A DNA stretch of 64,000 bases from Zootoca vivipara. Its lineage: Eukaryota. The stretch lies in assembly GCF_963506605.1 (NCBI RefSeq), contig NC_083279.1:22878001-22942000 (forward strand), written 5' to 3'. Positions 1 to 12,686 of this stretch are shown one piece after another. Made by a program: the position numbers and the translations under genes. Each line of letters begins with the position of its first letter. The first letter of the stretch is position 1. A model generated the notes under the pieces. The model searched no databases, was not told where the DNA came from, and saw nothing but the letters and a program-made list of their open reading frames with translations.

Positions 1-436
1 AATGACTGTAAATCGTTCTCTACATAAAAGACAATCATGTGTTATTGAGAGTCATTACATGGCTATTGTTTAGCAAATGTGTTTATCTGCTTAAAACACC
101 GAAAGTTTCCAGAAGCTTGAAATCCTCAGGGTTTTCCCAGCTAGGCTGGCTTTTTAATGTTTGTTGAAAAGCAGCTTTGTATTTGTATTCAGAAGCCAAG
201 TCTCTGCTATCTTTTGCTTTAGTGCAATGCAATTCAAAGGAAAAGAATGGCATACAGAGAGAGGCCTGTAGATTAAAACACACACACACACACACACATT
301 TAAAATGCCTTCATTAATGGCAGTATAATATTCCAAGAGCCCACTTTGTGGTGGAGGGGGCAGGGAGATGGACAACCAAGGACAGGCAGGGTTTAGTGTG
401 TTTAAACTGTCTTTTTAAAAAGTTGTAGAACTAGAT

Positions 437-747
437 CAGGGGTGGCCAACTCCCAAGAGACTGCGATCTACTCACAGAGTTAAAAACTGGCAGTGATCTA
501 CCCCCCCTTTTTTGGGTTCAGGTCAAAGCTGTTGAGCTTTTTTTTTAGGAAGGAGGAAGATCCATTGGGGGGGGGTTCAGGTCAAAGTTGTTGAGTTTTT
601 TCAGGGAGGAGGTAAAATGTTGAGCTTTTTTTAGGTGTGCCACAGTTGTTCAGCTTCTTTGAGGGAAGCCAATGATCTACCAGAGATCTACCGCAGACAT
701 CCAGTGATTTACCAGTAGATCACGATCTACCTGTTGGTAGATGCTTG
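437..747 (+). mobile_element. Non-autonomous hAT (Charlie-like) MITE
   Basis: CAGGGGTGGCCAAC start, internal GATCTAC repeats, 8-bp TSD AACTAGAT at 429-436 and 748-755. Sister copy at 6489-6822. Confidence 0.85.
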
Positions 748-1020
748 AACTAGATTAAGCATATATTTCAGTAGAGCTGTCACTGTTTAAAATGTGCTGT
801 TGTGAAGTAATACACACTAACCTCTAAATAAGGCTCTCATAAGAGGCTCCCATGAAGTTCAAAATCTATTCTAATATGGTTCACCAGCCATATCTCACCA
901 ACAGTGACATTGTAAGTTATATATATATATATACACACACTTCAACACAGCAGCTTTGAACATTCTAAGTACTGATGAAAATGTTCAAGGATCAGTTGCA
1001 TGAATTTGAACAGCTGTGAA

Positions 1021-1110
1021 CATAGCTGCCAAGTTATCCCTTTTTTTAAGGGATTTTCCATTATGCTGAATAGGCTTCCTCGCGAGAAAAGGGAAAACTT
1101 GGCAGCTATG
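1021..1110. mobile_element. 90-bp hAT MITE (CATAGCTGCCAAGTT TIRs)
   Basis: Perfect TIRs and 8-bp TSD GCTGTGAA. Near-identical copies at 3474-3563 and 28730-28818. Confidence 0.9.
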
Positions 1111-1122
1111 GCTGTGAATTGG

Positions 1123-1380
1123 CATACCTGCCAAGTTCCTGCCTGAAAAATAAGGGATCGGACTGGAAGTAGCAGACCGGAAGTGGCGCTGCCGCCATTT
1201 TGGAACTGGGCGCAGCATGCTCAGAAGTGACTTTTGATGCTGCTCCGCCCAGTTCCAAAATGACCGCCGCACCAGAATAAACCGAGGAAAAACCAAAAAA
1301 AAACCTGTTTTTTCGGCTGGGATGGGAACAGCTGGAAAAACAGGGGTTTCCAGGGGAATACGGGAGACTTGGCAGCTATG
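1123..1380 (+). mobile_element. hAT MITE, longer relative (CATA(C/G)CTGCCAAGT TIRs)
   Basis: TIRs flanked by a GTGAATTGG duplication. Sister copy at 42912-43256. Confidence 0.88.
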
Positions 1381-1809
1381 GTGAATTGGACGCGAATCAG
1401 ACTAGCTTGGTTTGAAAAGGGGTGAATGTGAACTGGAATTAGTTCCTTTTGGGAACCACCCACTATCAGTGTCTCGGTCTTCTCTAGATTTGCTCTCATC
1501 CAGCCCTTTACCGGGGCAAGACAATGGTCCAGCATGTCCACTGCTACACCTGCAGATGTCTAGAAGTAGAGTTGTGTGTCAGCACATTGTTGACAATGTA
1601 CTCCAAAACTCAGCAGTTTCATGTAGATGTTAAACAGCATGGGAAGCACATAGAACTAAAAGAGAGGGAGGACTCTGGCTAAATGCAAATGTTATACCAT
1701 GACAAGTTGCTTATGTGCCTAAATTGTATGTTCAGGTCATTTCAAAGTGTCCATGGTGACAATGAACACATATTCCCAGAGCACTGAAACAACTTCAAAT
1801 CCACCATGT

Positions 1810-1850
<41 letters not shown>

Positions 1851-2309
1851 GTTTCCAGAATGAAGTAGGCAAGAGACATTCCTATTCCTTCCTCTCTCTT
1901 AAAATCAAAACACCAGGATTGGGTGAAAAGGTGTCCAACCTTCTCTTATGACCTGGACCAATCGATAATTGACAAGATGGCAAAATGAAGGATTTGTGAA
2001 AAACTAATCAGGAAGCCTCATATTATACAGGTTTCCATTCCTCCTGCTAATCAAGGGTTGATGTGAATTACCAAGGAAGACAGCACTCCTACTTGACACT
2101 CTTTCACCTGGCAACAAGGCTGATTAACATTTAAAGTGGGAATTCCAGAAAAGCAGGTTTTTTGGTTGCCAAGGTGACGGACAGAAAACAGAAACTGGCT
2201 CTTTGTGTGTGGCATATAGGGTGACCAAGTGCCTTATTTTTCAGAGGATAGTCCTCCGTTTGAAAGGAACATGAGTTAGACTGCTGGTCTACCTAGACCA
2301 GATTTCAGA

Positions 2310-2405
2310 ATGGGTTCTCTCCAAGCCCTGGAGATACTGGAGATTAAATCTGGGACGTTCTGCATGCAAAGCAGATGCTCAGCCACTCAGCTATTGCCCT
2401 TCCCT
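2310..2405 (-). mobile_element. tRNA-derived SINE fragment
   Basis: Reverse complement reads ...atagctgagtggctgagcatctgctttgcatgcagaacgtcccagatttaatc..., a degenerate A/B-box tRNA head. Related pieces at 4685-4850 and 48720-48830. Confidence 0.55.
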
Positions 2406-3448
2406 GAACCAAATCTCATTGCTGAGCACCAATCCTTTTTGGGAGCCCTTTCTACTACATTTTAGCAACGAAAGGAGAGAAACACAACTTCCATTTCTGC
2501 AGAAGGGGGGAAAGCACAGCAGATGGATGCTTGACCCACCAGCCAGGTTCAAAGCTGCGAATGCAGGCAGCCCCGGTTGATAGGACCAAGTGTTCTTTTT
2601 CCATGCCCCACTTGAAAAATACCGTTATCTGGATTTTCTGGTTGTTGTCCAAAGGAGAACCGTTTCAGGAAAGAGGGTCTATATATACACAAACACACAC
2701 ATCTGTAAAAGATTTTGACACTCTGGCAGGAGACTAGTACCTTTAAAGAGGCTTAAATATTGCATCGTTACCAACTGCTCCAGTTGTTGGTTTTTTAAAA
2801 ACCTGGAACAAAATAAAGATCAATAAAACTCCCCCCCCCCAAGGCAAACTCTCACAATCTATTTCACAGAAGAGTCTGTAAAAGGGAGGAATCCCTTATT
2901 AATATAAGGGTGAGATGTCCTCTCTTTTAAAAAAATAAATGGGAATATGCAGGGCCCTTTGGGAGAGTCGAAGGGGAACACCAGCACAGCACAGCCTTTG
3001 TTAGCTGACACAGTTCACCTGCCACTCTTGGTTCCCACAGTGAATTTTTAATAGTAAGTTGCAGCTTTGACCTTTGCCTGCATCTTGGAGGGGGGGAAGG
3101 AAGGAAGGAGGGAGAGGTGGGTGGGTAAGTGGGTGGCATCCATGGGACAGCATACCAGAATGCAGTGAAGGATTATAGGGCAGTGGGGGGACAAGCAACA
3201 CCATATGACATACTGCTGAGCATAAGGCAATCCAATTGCACCAAAGTCTACAGGACTCAATACTGTAATTAGTGTTGCAGATCTGGCACGCTACCATATG
3301 TAAACCGTCAGAAAGGAATGCCACAAATTGTGTTTGGAAAACCTTTCCAGGAACCAGAAAGGAGGAGTTGTTTATGCTTAGCAACCCATTTACAAAACCA
3401 GACATAAGGACCCTACTTGTAGAATTGTACAATCATAGCACCCAGTTA

Positions 3449-3912
3449 CCCAGGTGGCATTGTGGGTTAAACCCATAGCTGCCAAGTTATCCCTTTTTTT
3501 AAGGGATTTCCCCTTATGCTGAATAGGCTTCCTCGCGAGAAAAGGGAAAACTTGGCAGCTATGGTTAAACCACAGAGTCTAGGGCTTGCTGATCAGAAGG
3601 TCGGCGGTTCAAATCCCTGCAACGGGGTGAGCTCCCGTTGCTCGGTCCTAGCTCCTGCCCACCTAGCAGTTCGAAAGCACGTCAAAGTGCAAGTAGATAA
3701 ATAGGTACCGCTACAGTGAGAAAGTAAATGGCGTTTCCGTGTGCTGCTCTGGTTTGCCAGAAGCAGCTTTGTCATGCTGGCCACATGACCCGGAAGCTGT
3801 CTGTGGACAAACACCGGCTCCCTCGGCCTATAGAGCGAGATGAGCGCCGCAACCCCAGAGTCGGACACGACTGGACCTGATGGTCAGGGGGCCCTTTACC
3901 TTTACCTTTACC
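3449..3912 (+). mobile_element. Sauria SINE interrupted by a 90-bp hAT MITE
   Basis: tRNA-like head (ggcggttcaaatccc), typical body, (ACCTTT)n tail and TSD TAG(C/A)ACCCAGTTA at 3436-3448 and 3913-3925. Confidence 0.9.
3474..3563. mobile_element. 90-bp hAT MITE nested in Sauria SINE
   Basis: Same TIRs as 1021-1110 and TSD GTTAAACC. Confidence 0.9.
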
Positions 3913-4684
3913 TAGAACCCAGTTATAAAACTAGACTGCACAGGAGCCAACGCCTAGGGGCTGAGAGGTCTTTGGTACCCCAATGAAATATTTGAGGGCG
4001 CTGACCCCACCCCCAGGTTGATGGGCATTGCCATTCAAATGGTGTGCATGCACCCTGTCATGTGAGTGATTATCTGGGGAGGCGCTTACCTGCCCCCGCC
4101 AATATTTTATTCAACTCCACACCCCTGCTCAAAACCTCTGCTCAACTCTGCTCAAAAAAGGTAGATGGTCCTAACTATGACGCCAGTGACAAATGGAATC
4201 ATAGGGCCATTGTTGTTTGTGAGCATATGCTCATTTCTTGTGTACCCCTGTAGTGTCTGATCAAAGAGGTTCTGCAGATTTTAGAAGAGCAACAAAAACA
4301 TGCCAGACCTGCTTGACCAGACTTAACAGTGGCACAGGAAATACAAAAAATAAGTGTACACACCACCACCGCCAAGGATGGGTGCATCCCTTTTTAATTC
4401 CAAATTACTGAATTAATTACCAAAAATAATATTACCCAAATACTGAAACTGTTAGAGCTTTACAATTTTTACAAAAAGTATGAAATCTGAATCAAATCCC
4501 AATAGCAATGGAAATGGTACGAGTTGCCAGTGACACTACTGATAGCAAAGGCTTCCTCTGATGAATGAAGTCTTCTTCTGATGGATGGACACCTGCTGCT
4601 GATGGAAGAACTTTTTTTCATTGGAGGTCACTCCTCCTGCCAGAGTAAGGGAGCCTTTGAATACAACCCTTTAGCTTTGCTACT

Positions 4685-4850
4685 AACATAGGAAGCTGCC
4701 TTATACTGCTTCGGGCCCTTGATCCATTGAGCTCAGTATTGTCCACACTGACCAGTAGTGACTCTCCAGAATTTCAGGTGCCAAGAACAGAACATGGAAC
4801 CTTCTGTATGCAAAGCAGATGCTCTGCTGCTGGGCTGAGACCCTCTTCCC
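4685..4850 (-). mobile_element. tRNA-derived SINE with CR1-like tail
   Basis: aacataggaagctgccttatact tail and a tgcaaagcagatgctct tRNA-like head on the minus strand. Confidence 0.6.
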
Positions 4851-5425
4851 CACACGAGAGCCCATTATCTGGAAGACACAACCCAACAGTTCTCCTGTAC
4901 ACATCTCACTGAAATGTACGGGAACAGCATGAGAGTGTAACCATGTTCCGGCTCTGGTCCCATTCCTTTTTTAATGGTGTTTGCAGAGGAAAACATTTCG
5001 GTTCATTGTAGCAAGTTTTTTTTATCAGTTGCATGTTGAATGAGTAAAAAACACCATCCCATTACATTAACTCACTTCCTTTCATTTTCTGCGATATTGA
5101 TGGTTAAAGAAGCTAAAGAACCAACTATTTAAGACTCTTGACGGGGATTAAAATGATTATATTAAGACAGCTAGAATGTCCGCATGGGTAGTAGTTTCTT
5201 TATTTTCCCATGGGAGTGAATGGCAGCCGTTCAGTTACATAAGAAAAAAAATTAAGTGATGCACCAGAAGACAAAGCACAATGTGTGGGGTTCTGCTCAC
5301 TTTTCTTATCCCAAATAATGGAATGGGAACCATCAGGAGCTGAACCAGCCCATGTTCACATAGTTCAGCCTTCAGACACTTCTTGGTAAATGCATTAATC
5401 TGACCTCGAGCCCATTTCACGACTT

Positions 5426-5549
5426 CAGGTGTGAGGAACATTTGGCCTTCCAGATGTTGCTGAACTACAACTGCCATCATTCCTGGCCATTGGCTTTCCT
5501 TGCTGGGGCTAATGGGAGATGAGGTTCAGCAACATCTGGAGGGTCAAAT
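5426..5549. mobile_element. Palindromic hAT-Charlie-like MITE with its right terminus displaced to 5735-5748
   Basis: The arms ccagatgttgctgaact and ggttcagcaacatctgg are inverted. The missing end occurs in inverted orientation at 5735-5748. Confidence 0.8.
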
Positions 5550-5654
5550 GGTTTTATTAAAATTAAATCAGGTTATATATTTAGGGCGAAACATTTACTC
5601 TGTTACATATTCAGGATGAAACATGTACTCTGTTTGCTCTGCTAGCTCTGACTC

Positions 5655-5705
<51 letters not shown>

Positions 5706-5821
5706 CAAACCCAGCTATATTGTTACGGTTAGAGCAGGCGCAGGGAACGTTTCATCCTGAATATGTAACAGAGTAAATGTTTCGCCCTAAATATATAACC
5801 TGATTTAATTTTAATAAAACC
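5550..5821. repeat. Perfect 73-bp inverted repeat with 126-bp spacer containing (ATT)n
   Basis: 5550-5622 is the exact reverse complement of 5749-5821. Confidence 0.95.
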
Positions 5822-6488
5822 TGTTCTGCTGAGTTAAGAAAATAAGGCACCAGTTACTTCATTTGCTTTTCGGCTATTTATCATTCTTTTGCAAACATAT
5901 TTGTGGTTGCTGTCCTGTTCAGCAATACCTTACAAACAGATAAGCATTTGGAGTTTGGAAATCCAGCCTCTGGGATGGTGGAATAAAAAGGATACAAAAG
6001 ACTCAAAAGGAGCTGTAAATATAGAGTCCAGAGGTGAGGATTCTAATGCATCAGCTGTGTAATTGCATTAATTCAATACAATGATTAAAGAGCTCTGAAG
6101 CAATACTACTGCCTCAGCCAGACAGGTTCTGATTAAACAACAGAGGTGTGAGAAAACTATTACGGATCAAAGATTGATAAGATACAAGCAGGGGAAGAAA
6201 ATAGGTTGGACGGATTGAGAAAATGATATTAAGTGGCTCTGATGGAAAGAAATATGTTTAAATATAAAATGCACAATGGAGTGTGTGGTGCAGCATGGTA
6301 AATATGCCATTAAACAAATGGCTTGAAGAAGAGGAAGAGCAAGCCAGAGATGAAAATATTCCAGCCTGGATTGTACATTTGATCATCTGTCATTTGTTTG
6401 TTGGATATCAGGCTTTGAAGACTGTGACAGGAAGGAAGGATTTTCAGTGTGTGTGTGTGTGTGTGTGTGTATCAGCAAGACTCTAGTT

Positions 6489-6822
6489 CAGAGACATCCA
6501 ACAAGTAGATCGTGATCTACTGGTAGATCACTGGACATCTGTGGTAGATCACTGGCTCCCCCCATAGAAGCTTAACAACTTTGGCTTGGCTAAAAAAAAC
6601 CTCAACATTTTCTCACTGCACCCCCCCAAAAATGGGACTTTCCCCTCCCTAAAAAAGAGCTCAACAACTCTTTCACCTGAAACCCGAAAAACAGGGCTTT
6701 TGTTCCTAAAAAAGCTCAACAACTTTGACCTGAACCTCCCCCCCCCAAAAAAAGGGGATAGATCACTGCCAGTTTTTAACTCTGTGAGTAGATCACAGTC
6801 ACTTGGGAGTTGGCCACCCCTG
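6489..6822 (-). mobile_element. hAT MITE, inverted sister of 437-747
   Basis: Ends GTTGGCCACCCCTG. TSD CTCTAGTT / ATCTAGTT. Confidence 0.85.
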
Positions 6823-7942
6823 ATCTAGTTAAACAAGAAGCAGACTCAGGCTTAAAAGCAAATTGATAAGCCATAACTGATACAAATGTTAAATGTTATT
6901 AATGACTTTGTGTTGGGTTGATCCAGGATCTATAACTTCACAAGGTTTGGCAATCTTGTTGGGCTAGCAGTCATGAAAGCAATGGTAGCACTTACTGCAG
7001 GATATGACACCAATGCTCATCTTCTTGAGAAGTTTCTAAGAAATAGTGTAGCCAAGCCCTGTTTAGTTTCCATGCGCTAATATAAAATGGTTGGGCTAAA
7101 CATTGTTTTTATAGCATTAAATCCATTCCCCTGAAATTGCTTATATTTGGAGCTTTCTTGTGTTGTTTCCAATTAACCCCACCGCTTAAAGGCTGCGAAG
7201 ATGAGGACATACTTTGCATATCAACACACGCCTCCACACTAAACTCCCATTTTGGAACTGCTTCCTTCTGCAGTGTTGGCCTTCAGCTGATGGGTCGTGG
7301 CCTGCAGCTCATTCATGTCCTGACTTAGGAAGAGACTCAAGGAGAGCTTCTCTTTAAAGTTCATTCTTATTAAAGAACATGGGAGAGGAAGGGAGAAGAC
7401 ACAAAAACACAGCACAGCGAGAAAATGAGAAGGGAGATGGTACGTATACATATATAGCCCAAAAATTATAAACGGGTATTTTAAAGAGAGTTGGAAGTTG
7501 TAGGTTGGATTAAAGCAGTGGTGGATGATGCGCATTAGGACTAGTGAGGCAGAAGGCAAAGAGGCCAACAACATACCGCCCAACCGTCCCGATTTGACCG
7601 GGACATCCTGGAATTACAGAAGCCATCCTGGCTTCTGATTGAATCCCATTATGTTCTGTTTTCAGTCCAGCACTCTCTTGCAAGTTGCACCTCCCTGTTT
7701 TCAAATCATAGAAGTGGATCGGGAACAATGGGTTGGGGCGCCTCTAAAGCTTCCATCACACCTTTTGCTCTTGACATGGCCGCTGCCACACTCCTTTCTG
7801 TTTGCAGGAGAGGCTGTGTCAGGTCCGATGCTGGGAATAGTGGTCCCCACATGGCTCTGGCCGTTTCCTCTGCTGCTCCTGGTTGTACCCTTCACCGTCT
7901 CTGAGCCAGAGACCGGCCAGGACTGGGAGCCACCACCACACC

Positions 7943-8386
7943 TGTCAGGGGGTTGTTGCGGCTACTCTAGAGTAACGACGCTCCGCATGCTTGTCTTTCA
8001 GCAGTTTTTATTTAGTGCATGCTATTTACAGTGAGCTGGGTCTGTACAACATGTCTACTCAGTCCGACACAGAATCCGGCACTGGACTGCCCCTGGACAT
8101 CCTCCAGCATAAGAGTCTTGGGACAGCAAATCTCTTTCCCCTCCTTCTCCTGTGTAATTCCGGAACCGGAGGAAAGGTTCTACGCTCCATGTTTTCCTTC
8201 TCCCCCCTTTCCCCCCCTCTCTCTTCCTCCCTCCTGTGTCGTAGGGGCTCTCCCATGCTGCCAGAGCCCTGTCCCTCTCTCTCCACTTCCTGACTGGACT
8301 CCTGAGTGTCCTCACCGTTATCGCTGCTAGGGGAGGAGCTGCTTCTGATGAGGGGAAGAGGATCCCGATATTCTCTTCCCCTTACA
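7943..8386 (-). mobile_element. Solo LTR (444 bp, possibly Gypsy-type)
   Basis: TGT...ACA termini (TGTCAGGGG / CCCCTTACA), 5-bp TSD ACACC at 7938-7942 and 8387-8391, and minus-strand AATAAA at 8007-8012. Confidence 0.8.
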
Positions 8387-10080
8387 ACACCTCAGTGGAA
8401 GCAGCAGAAGCCACCGCCACCACTTGTAGTTCAGGAGCAGAGCTGGCCAGAGCCAAGGTGAGGACCAAAGTGAGGGGAGTCGAACTGTTATGTACTGATA
8501 TGTGTCCCAGTTTTCATCAGTGGAATGCTGGAGGGTTTGCAACAGTAGATGGAGCCACACAGGTGGAGCCAACTAATTCCACTTTTGTCCTCCATCTCTC
8601 CTGTCTGCTGAGTTCTACAAGGGGCAATACAGAGACTAGAAAGGATTAACCTGTGGGATGGTTGTAAGTAAGAAGGCACGTGGGAGGGTTGGCTTGAGGT
8701 TGGTGAAGCAGTGTCTCACTTGCCCTGGTGGATCTGCCTCCATTGGTGGGAGAGCAGAGGAATAAACCTCTCTTAGCCACATTGCCTAAATGGAAGGAGA
8801 ACAGCAGAATCGGGAGCTTTATAGCAGATAGTGGCACAAGGTACCATCCAATTACTTAGGGCAGAAGGATGCTGAGCTGTTGTGCAACAGACCCAACGAG
8901 ATCTGTCTGCTCTTCTCTCTTCTAACCTAAAGCCCCAGCACAGGGAGTAAGGGACCTGTTTCTGATTCGCAGGATTTCTAATTCCAGGCCCACAGCCGCT
9001 GACACTCCTTCACTGCTTTCTGTTTAAATCACCGGGGATGTTTGGTTTTTATGGATCGAGCCTGTAAAAACCGAATGTTCTCTTTTTGTCCTTTTTAAAC
9101 ATGGAGCAGAGGTATTGGTATTGAAAGCTCTGGCATCATCTAATGAGGGTTGCAGTGTAGACAGGACAAAAGCTAGAATTATGCAGTTAGCTGTACTGGT
9201 CTGCAGGTTTCTGTTAAATGGATGTCTTTGCCTGGCTATCCTTCACGGTAATTGCCATGTCTGGGAAGCTGACTCTCCCTAGAGATTAATCTATTTTAAG
9301 TTTATTGGATCAAGGGATGCTACTGAAAGACATACTTTAAAAAAAGGGACATACACACACAAAACTCTCTACACTTGATTTCTTAAGGCCAAAGAAAAAT
9401 AGCATTGTCTACATCTGTATTAGTTTGAGGTGTTTTCTCAGCATTGCCCCAGGCAACTATTTCCATCCTATGGCTCCATATATTTATTTATTTATTTATT
9501 CATAAGCACTTGGTGAAATATGTAATTGTAAGATTAACAATGAACTGAACGGTCAAAAATGTTTTGGAGGAGATTTAGAAATGGAAACCATAACTGAAGC
9601 TCACCTTCCATGTAATATTTTCTACGGAAGATCTGTATCTCTGGTGCTCTTGAAAAATTCCATGTGTTTGTGTGAAGCTTGTTTGTGCTCATCATGGAGA
9701 GTATGCTGCATGTACAGCCAATGGTGTCAGCTGAGCTTTCTGCCCCACCTCCACACACACCCTAGGCCAATCAGAAGAGGGTAGAAGACACCTGGGCAGA
9801 CCTGGGAAGGAACTACGGTACATTCTTCTGGTCACCCCTCCCCAAGAGCACCTGCTGTTTTCTTCTTGGTTTGGCATATATTTTGTTTACTTCTGTTTAC
9901 CAGAAATGGAAGTAATCCGCTGCAGAATTGCTCTGGACCTAGTGTAAGTGGTCAATTGATGGGGCTAAGAAAGAATTTTCCCTAGGGCCCAGATTTTGCT
10001 AAACTGGCCTCAGGGTTTTTGCCTTCCTCTTAGTAAATTGTATGTGGTGTGTGCTCTTGATACTCCAGCAGGGGTGGTGT

Positions 10081-10126
<46 letters not shown>
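10081..10126. repeat. (GT)n microsatellite
   Basis: Read directly. Others at 278-298, 1813-1848, 6447-6470, 13088-13132 and 23928-23956. Confidence 0.95.
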
Positions 10127-10127
<1 letters not shown>

Positions 10128-10380
10128 CAGTTTTGACATGTAAGGGTGTTGGGGATAGGCTTCCCACTCTCTCACACAGAAGAGCCTCCCTTGAGAGGCA
10201 TTGAGACACACGCACAGGCTTTCTGGCAGGCCTCTGTGAAGTTGTACTAAATAAAATTTGTGGCCATTATGCCTCCAATGTTGGTGCTCGGTGTAGACAC
10301 AGTTTTAACCAGCATCTTCTGTTTCAGACCAGAATGGAGTTTGAATCTAGCATTTTCTAGACCAATATTTTATAAACTTT

Positions 10381-10382
10381 TA

Positions 10383-10422
<40 letters not shown>

Positions 10423-10428
10423 TATTAC
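10381..10428. repeat. (TTA)n microsatellite
   Basis: Read directly. It precedes a short LINE-3'-end-like fragment. Confidence 0.9.
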
Positions 10429-12471
10429 TATATGCCATCACTCTAGACTGCTTCCAGCAAAATATAAAAACACAAGAAAACCAAACATTAAAAACTTCCC
10501 TTTTGTAACCGAATGTTTTGACTGCCTGTGTACTTTTTTTTGACTGTTGTGTGCAAAAGCACATGAATCTGACCTTTGGAGGGTTTTGCAAGTAAACCAT
10601 CTTATGGCTTACCAAAATGTGGCCTATCTCTATGCTACGGAAGTGAGGTAGCTTGGAAATAGCCTTTAAAGGGGGCCTTGGGTGGGACTCACTGGAAGGG
10701 CACATTTTAAAGGTTTTACAGCCTATTTTTCTTTGCTATATTTGTGATATTAAATCTCTGCTGGGATTTTCTCATGAAAGAGTACATGCCCTAAACCTGG
10801 GTCTTGGCTTCCAGGATTCCAACACTCGGTGGATGTTTTCTCCCCCATTCCTGATGTTTCCAATCCATGAAGAGGCATAGTTGAAACCTAAACTTCACAC
10901 TATGTAAACTTAAACTCTTGAGCTTGTTGCAGATGTAAGAGGTAAGAGGTATCCTGGGAGTAGGAAGCGATCATCAACAAACTTAGTTTATAAGATGTGC
11001 ACAAAACCATGGCAAATACATAAGCAGTCATACGGGACTACAATGCTTGAAATGCACCAGTTCAATGAATAAAAGCTGTGGCATAACTTCCATGAAATGA
11101 ATATTAATTAGAATAAATATAGATCCACGGGGTGTAATCAAACTGGATGTATGCCAAACCACCCAGAGAATTAAATTTTGCTTGAGTCTTGTTTGGACGT
11201 ACAAGTGGTTCTATTTGGCTACCAAGTGGTTCTATTTGGGCCACAGTTTAAACTAACCACCCATGGTTGCTCTCGATCCTCCCAGATTCATCTGTCTGAA
11301 TGGTCCCTCTTATAGTTATAGCACCTAATTTGAATATGCAATCCGTACACCTGTTTTCATTCCCATCAATGGTCTGTTGTTACATTTTTTTCAAATATCT
11401 TCATAGAATTTCCCCCTCTGCCCTTCCATGACATTTTGGTGCTGTGAATAAAATGCGCAACAGGTTGTTCCATATCCTCTTCTGCATGAATGAAGGCTTG
11501 TGAGGACTTTTGCTGACTCAACGGGTTGGTGTGATTGACTGGAGCAGGAGTACAGTAGGAGAACAACTCGCCAGGGGTATTGCTGAAACAGACAGCTGTT
11601 AAATCCTTTTGGATAGACGGTGTTCCTTATAAATATTTACTGGGCTGCAAAACAGATAAGCTATTGTAGTAGCAAGTTAAAAGAATAACAAGGAAGAAAA
11701 TTACTGGGATACTTTTCTAGCTCTGCCCTCCCTTGGGAGCTTCAGTCAGATTATCTGGCTGAGTACTTTTATAGTAGACTATCTGTGGGATATTTGTACT
11801 CCTTGAGAACAAATATCGGCATTTGACTGCTTTTTTGTGGATGAAAAAAGAAATTGGCAGTGGTTGACCCAAATGAAAGGCTATAAAATTCTCTAAATAT
11901 TCATTCATGTATTCAGCAAATGTACATCTTAATCATATTGAGCAAGAGATGGTGGAAAGGTGCAAGAGTGTTTGTAATTATTGGTGAGATGATCTATATT
12001 GTCTCAAAGAGTTTTAACAGCTGCATTTCCTCTTAACTGAGGTTAAGTACTTCTGTGGCTGGAATCCTCAAACCAGGCAATCTGATATTAGTAAGAATGA
12101 TAATAAAATGATTGTTTTCAGTCAGATTACTTGGGAATAATTAGATTAAGAATTTCAGAGAGCCTCCTAATTCCTCACATGTGTAAGTTTACAAGAACGT
12201 CAATGTCAATTAATCTTATTTCCAAGTAAGTATAGTGGAAGTCTCGGCCTGAATTTGTTGGTAGGCAAGGGCAGTTACATATTTTTCTGGCATATTTTGT
12301 ATCCTATGAACATTTCAACAGAAAAAGACTGTTTAAAAAAGGCCACTTTAGGAATCCCAACAGCTTTGTAACTTTCCTACGATGGATTAAAATGTCACTA
12401 GGTCCCAGGTTCTTTCTTAATAAAAAGTTCCTCTTGTGGAAAGGAGAGGAATGGGAAGGACTCTCCCTGTA

Positions 12472-12686
12472 CAGTGGTACCCCGGGTTACAAACACTTCG
12501 GGTTACAGTCCCCACTAGCACGGAAGTAGTACCTCGGGTTAAGAAGTTTACCTCAGGATGAGATCAGAAATCGCGTGGCGGCAGCAGGAGGCCCCATTAG
12601 CTAAAGTGGTACCTCAGGTTAAGAACAGTTTCAGGTTAAGAACGGACCTCTGGAACGAATTAAGTTCGTAACCAGAGGTACTGCTG
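12472..12686. mobile_element. Tc1/mariner (Tigger-like) MITE
   Basis: TA|CAGTGGTACC...GGTACTGCTG|TA. An inverted sister copy starts at ~63871. Confidence 0.85.

Noticed and set aside
3516-3704. ORFs starting MLNRLPREKRENLAAM (also at 28771)
   Set aside because: The shared peptide is only the translated 90-bp MITE.
8560-9360. Coding-like, possibly decayed LINE or pseudogene sequence
   Set aside because: I could not recover any recognisable protein motif by eye.
11202-11239. Short tandem duplications (also 28914-28945 and 44636-44655)
   Set aside because: These are ordinary slippage duplications with no further structure.
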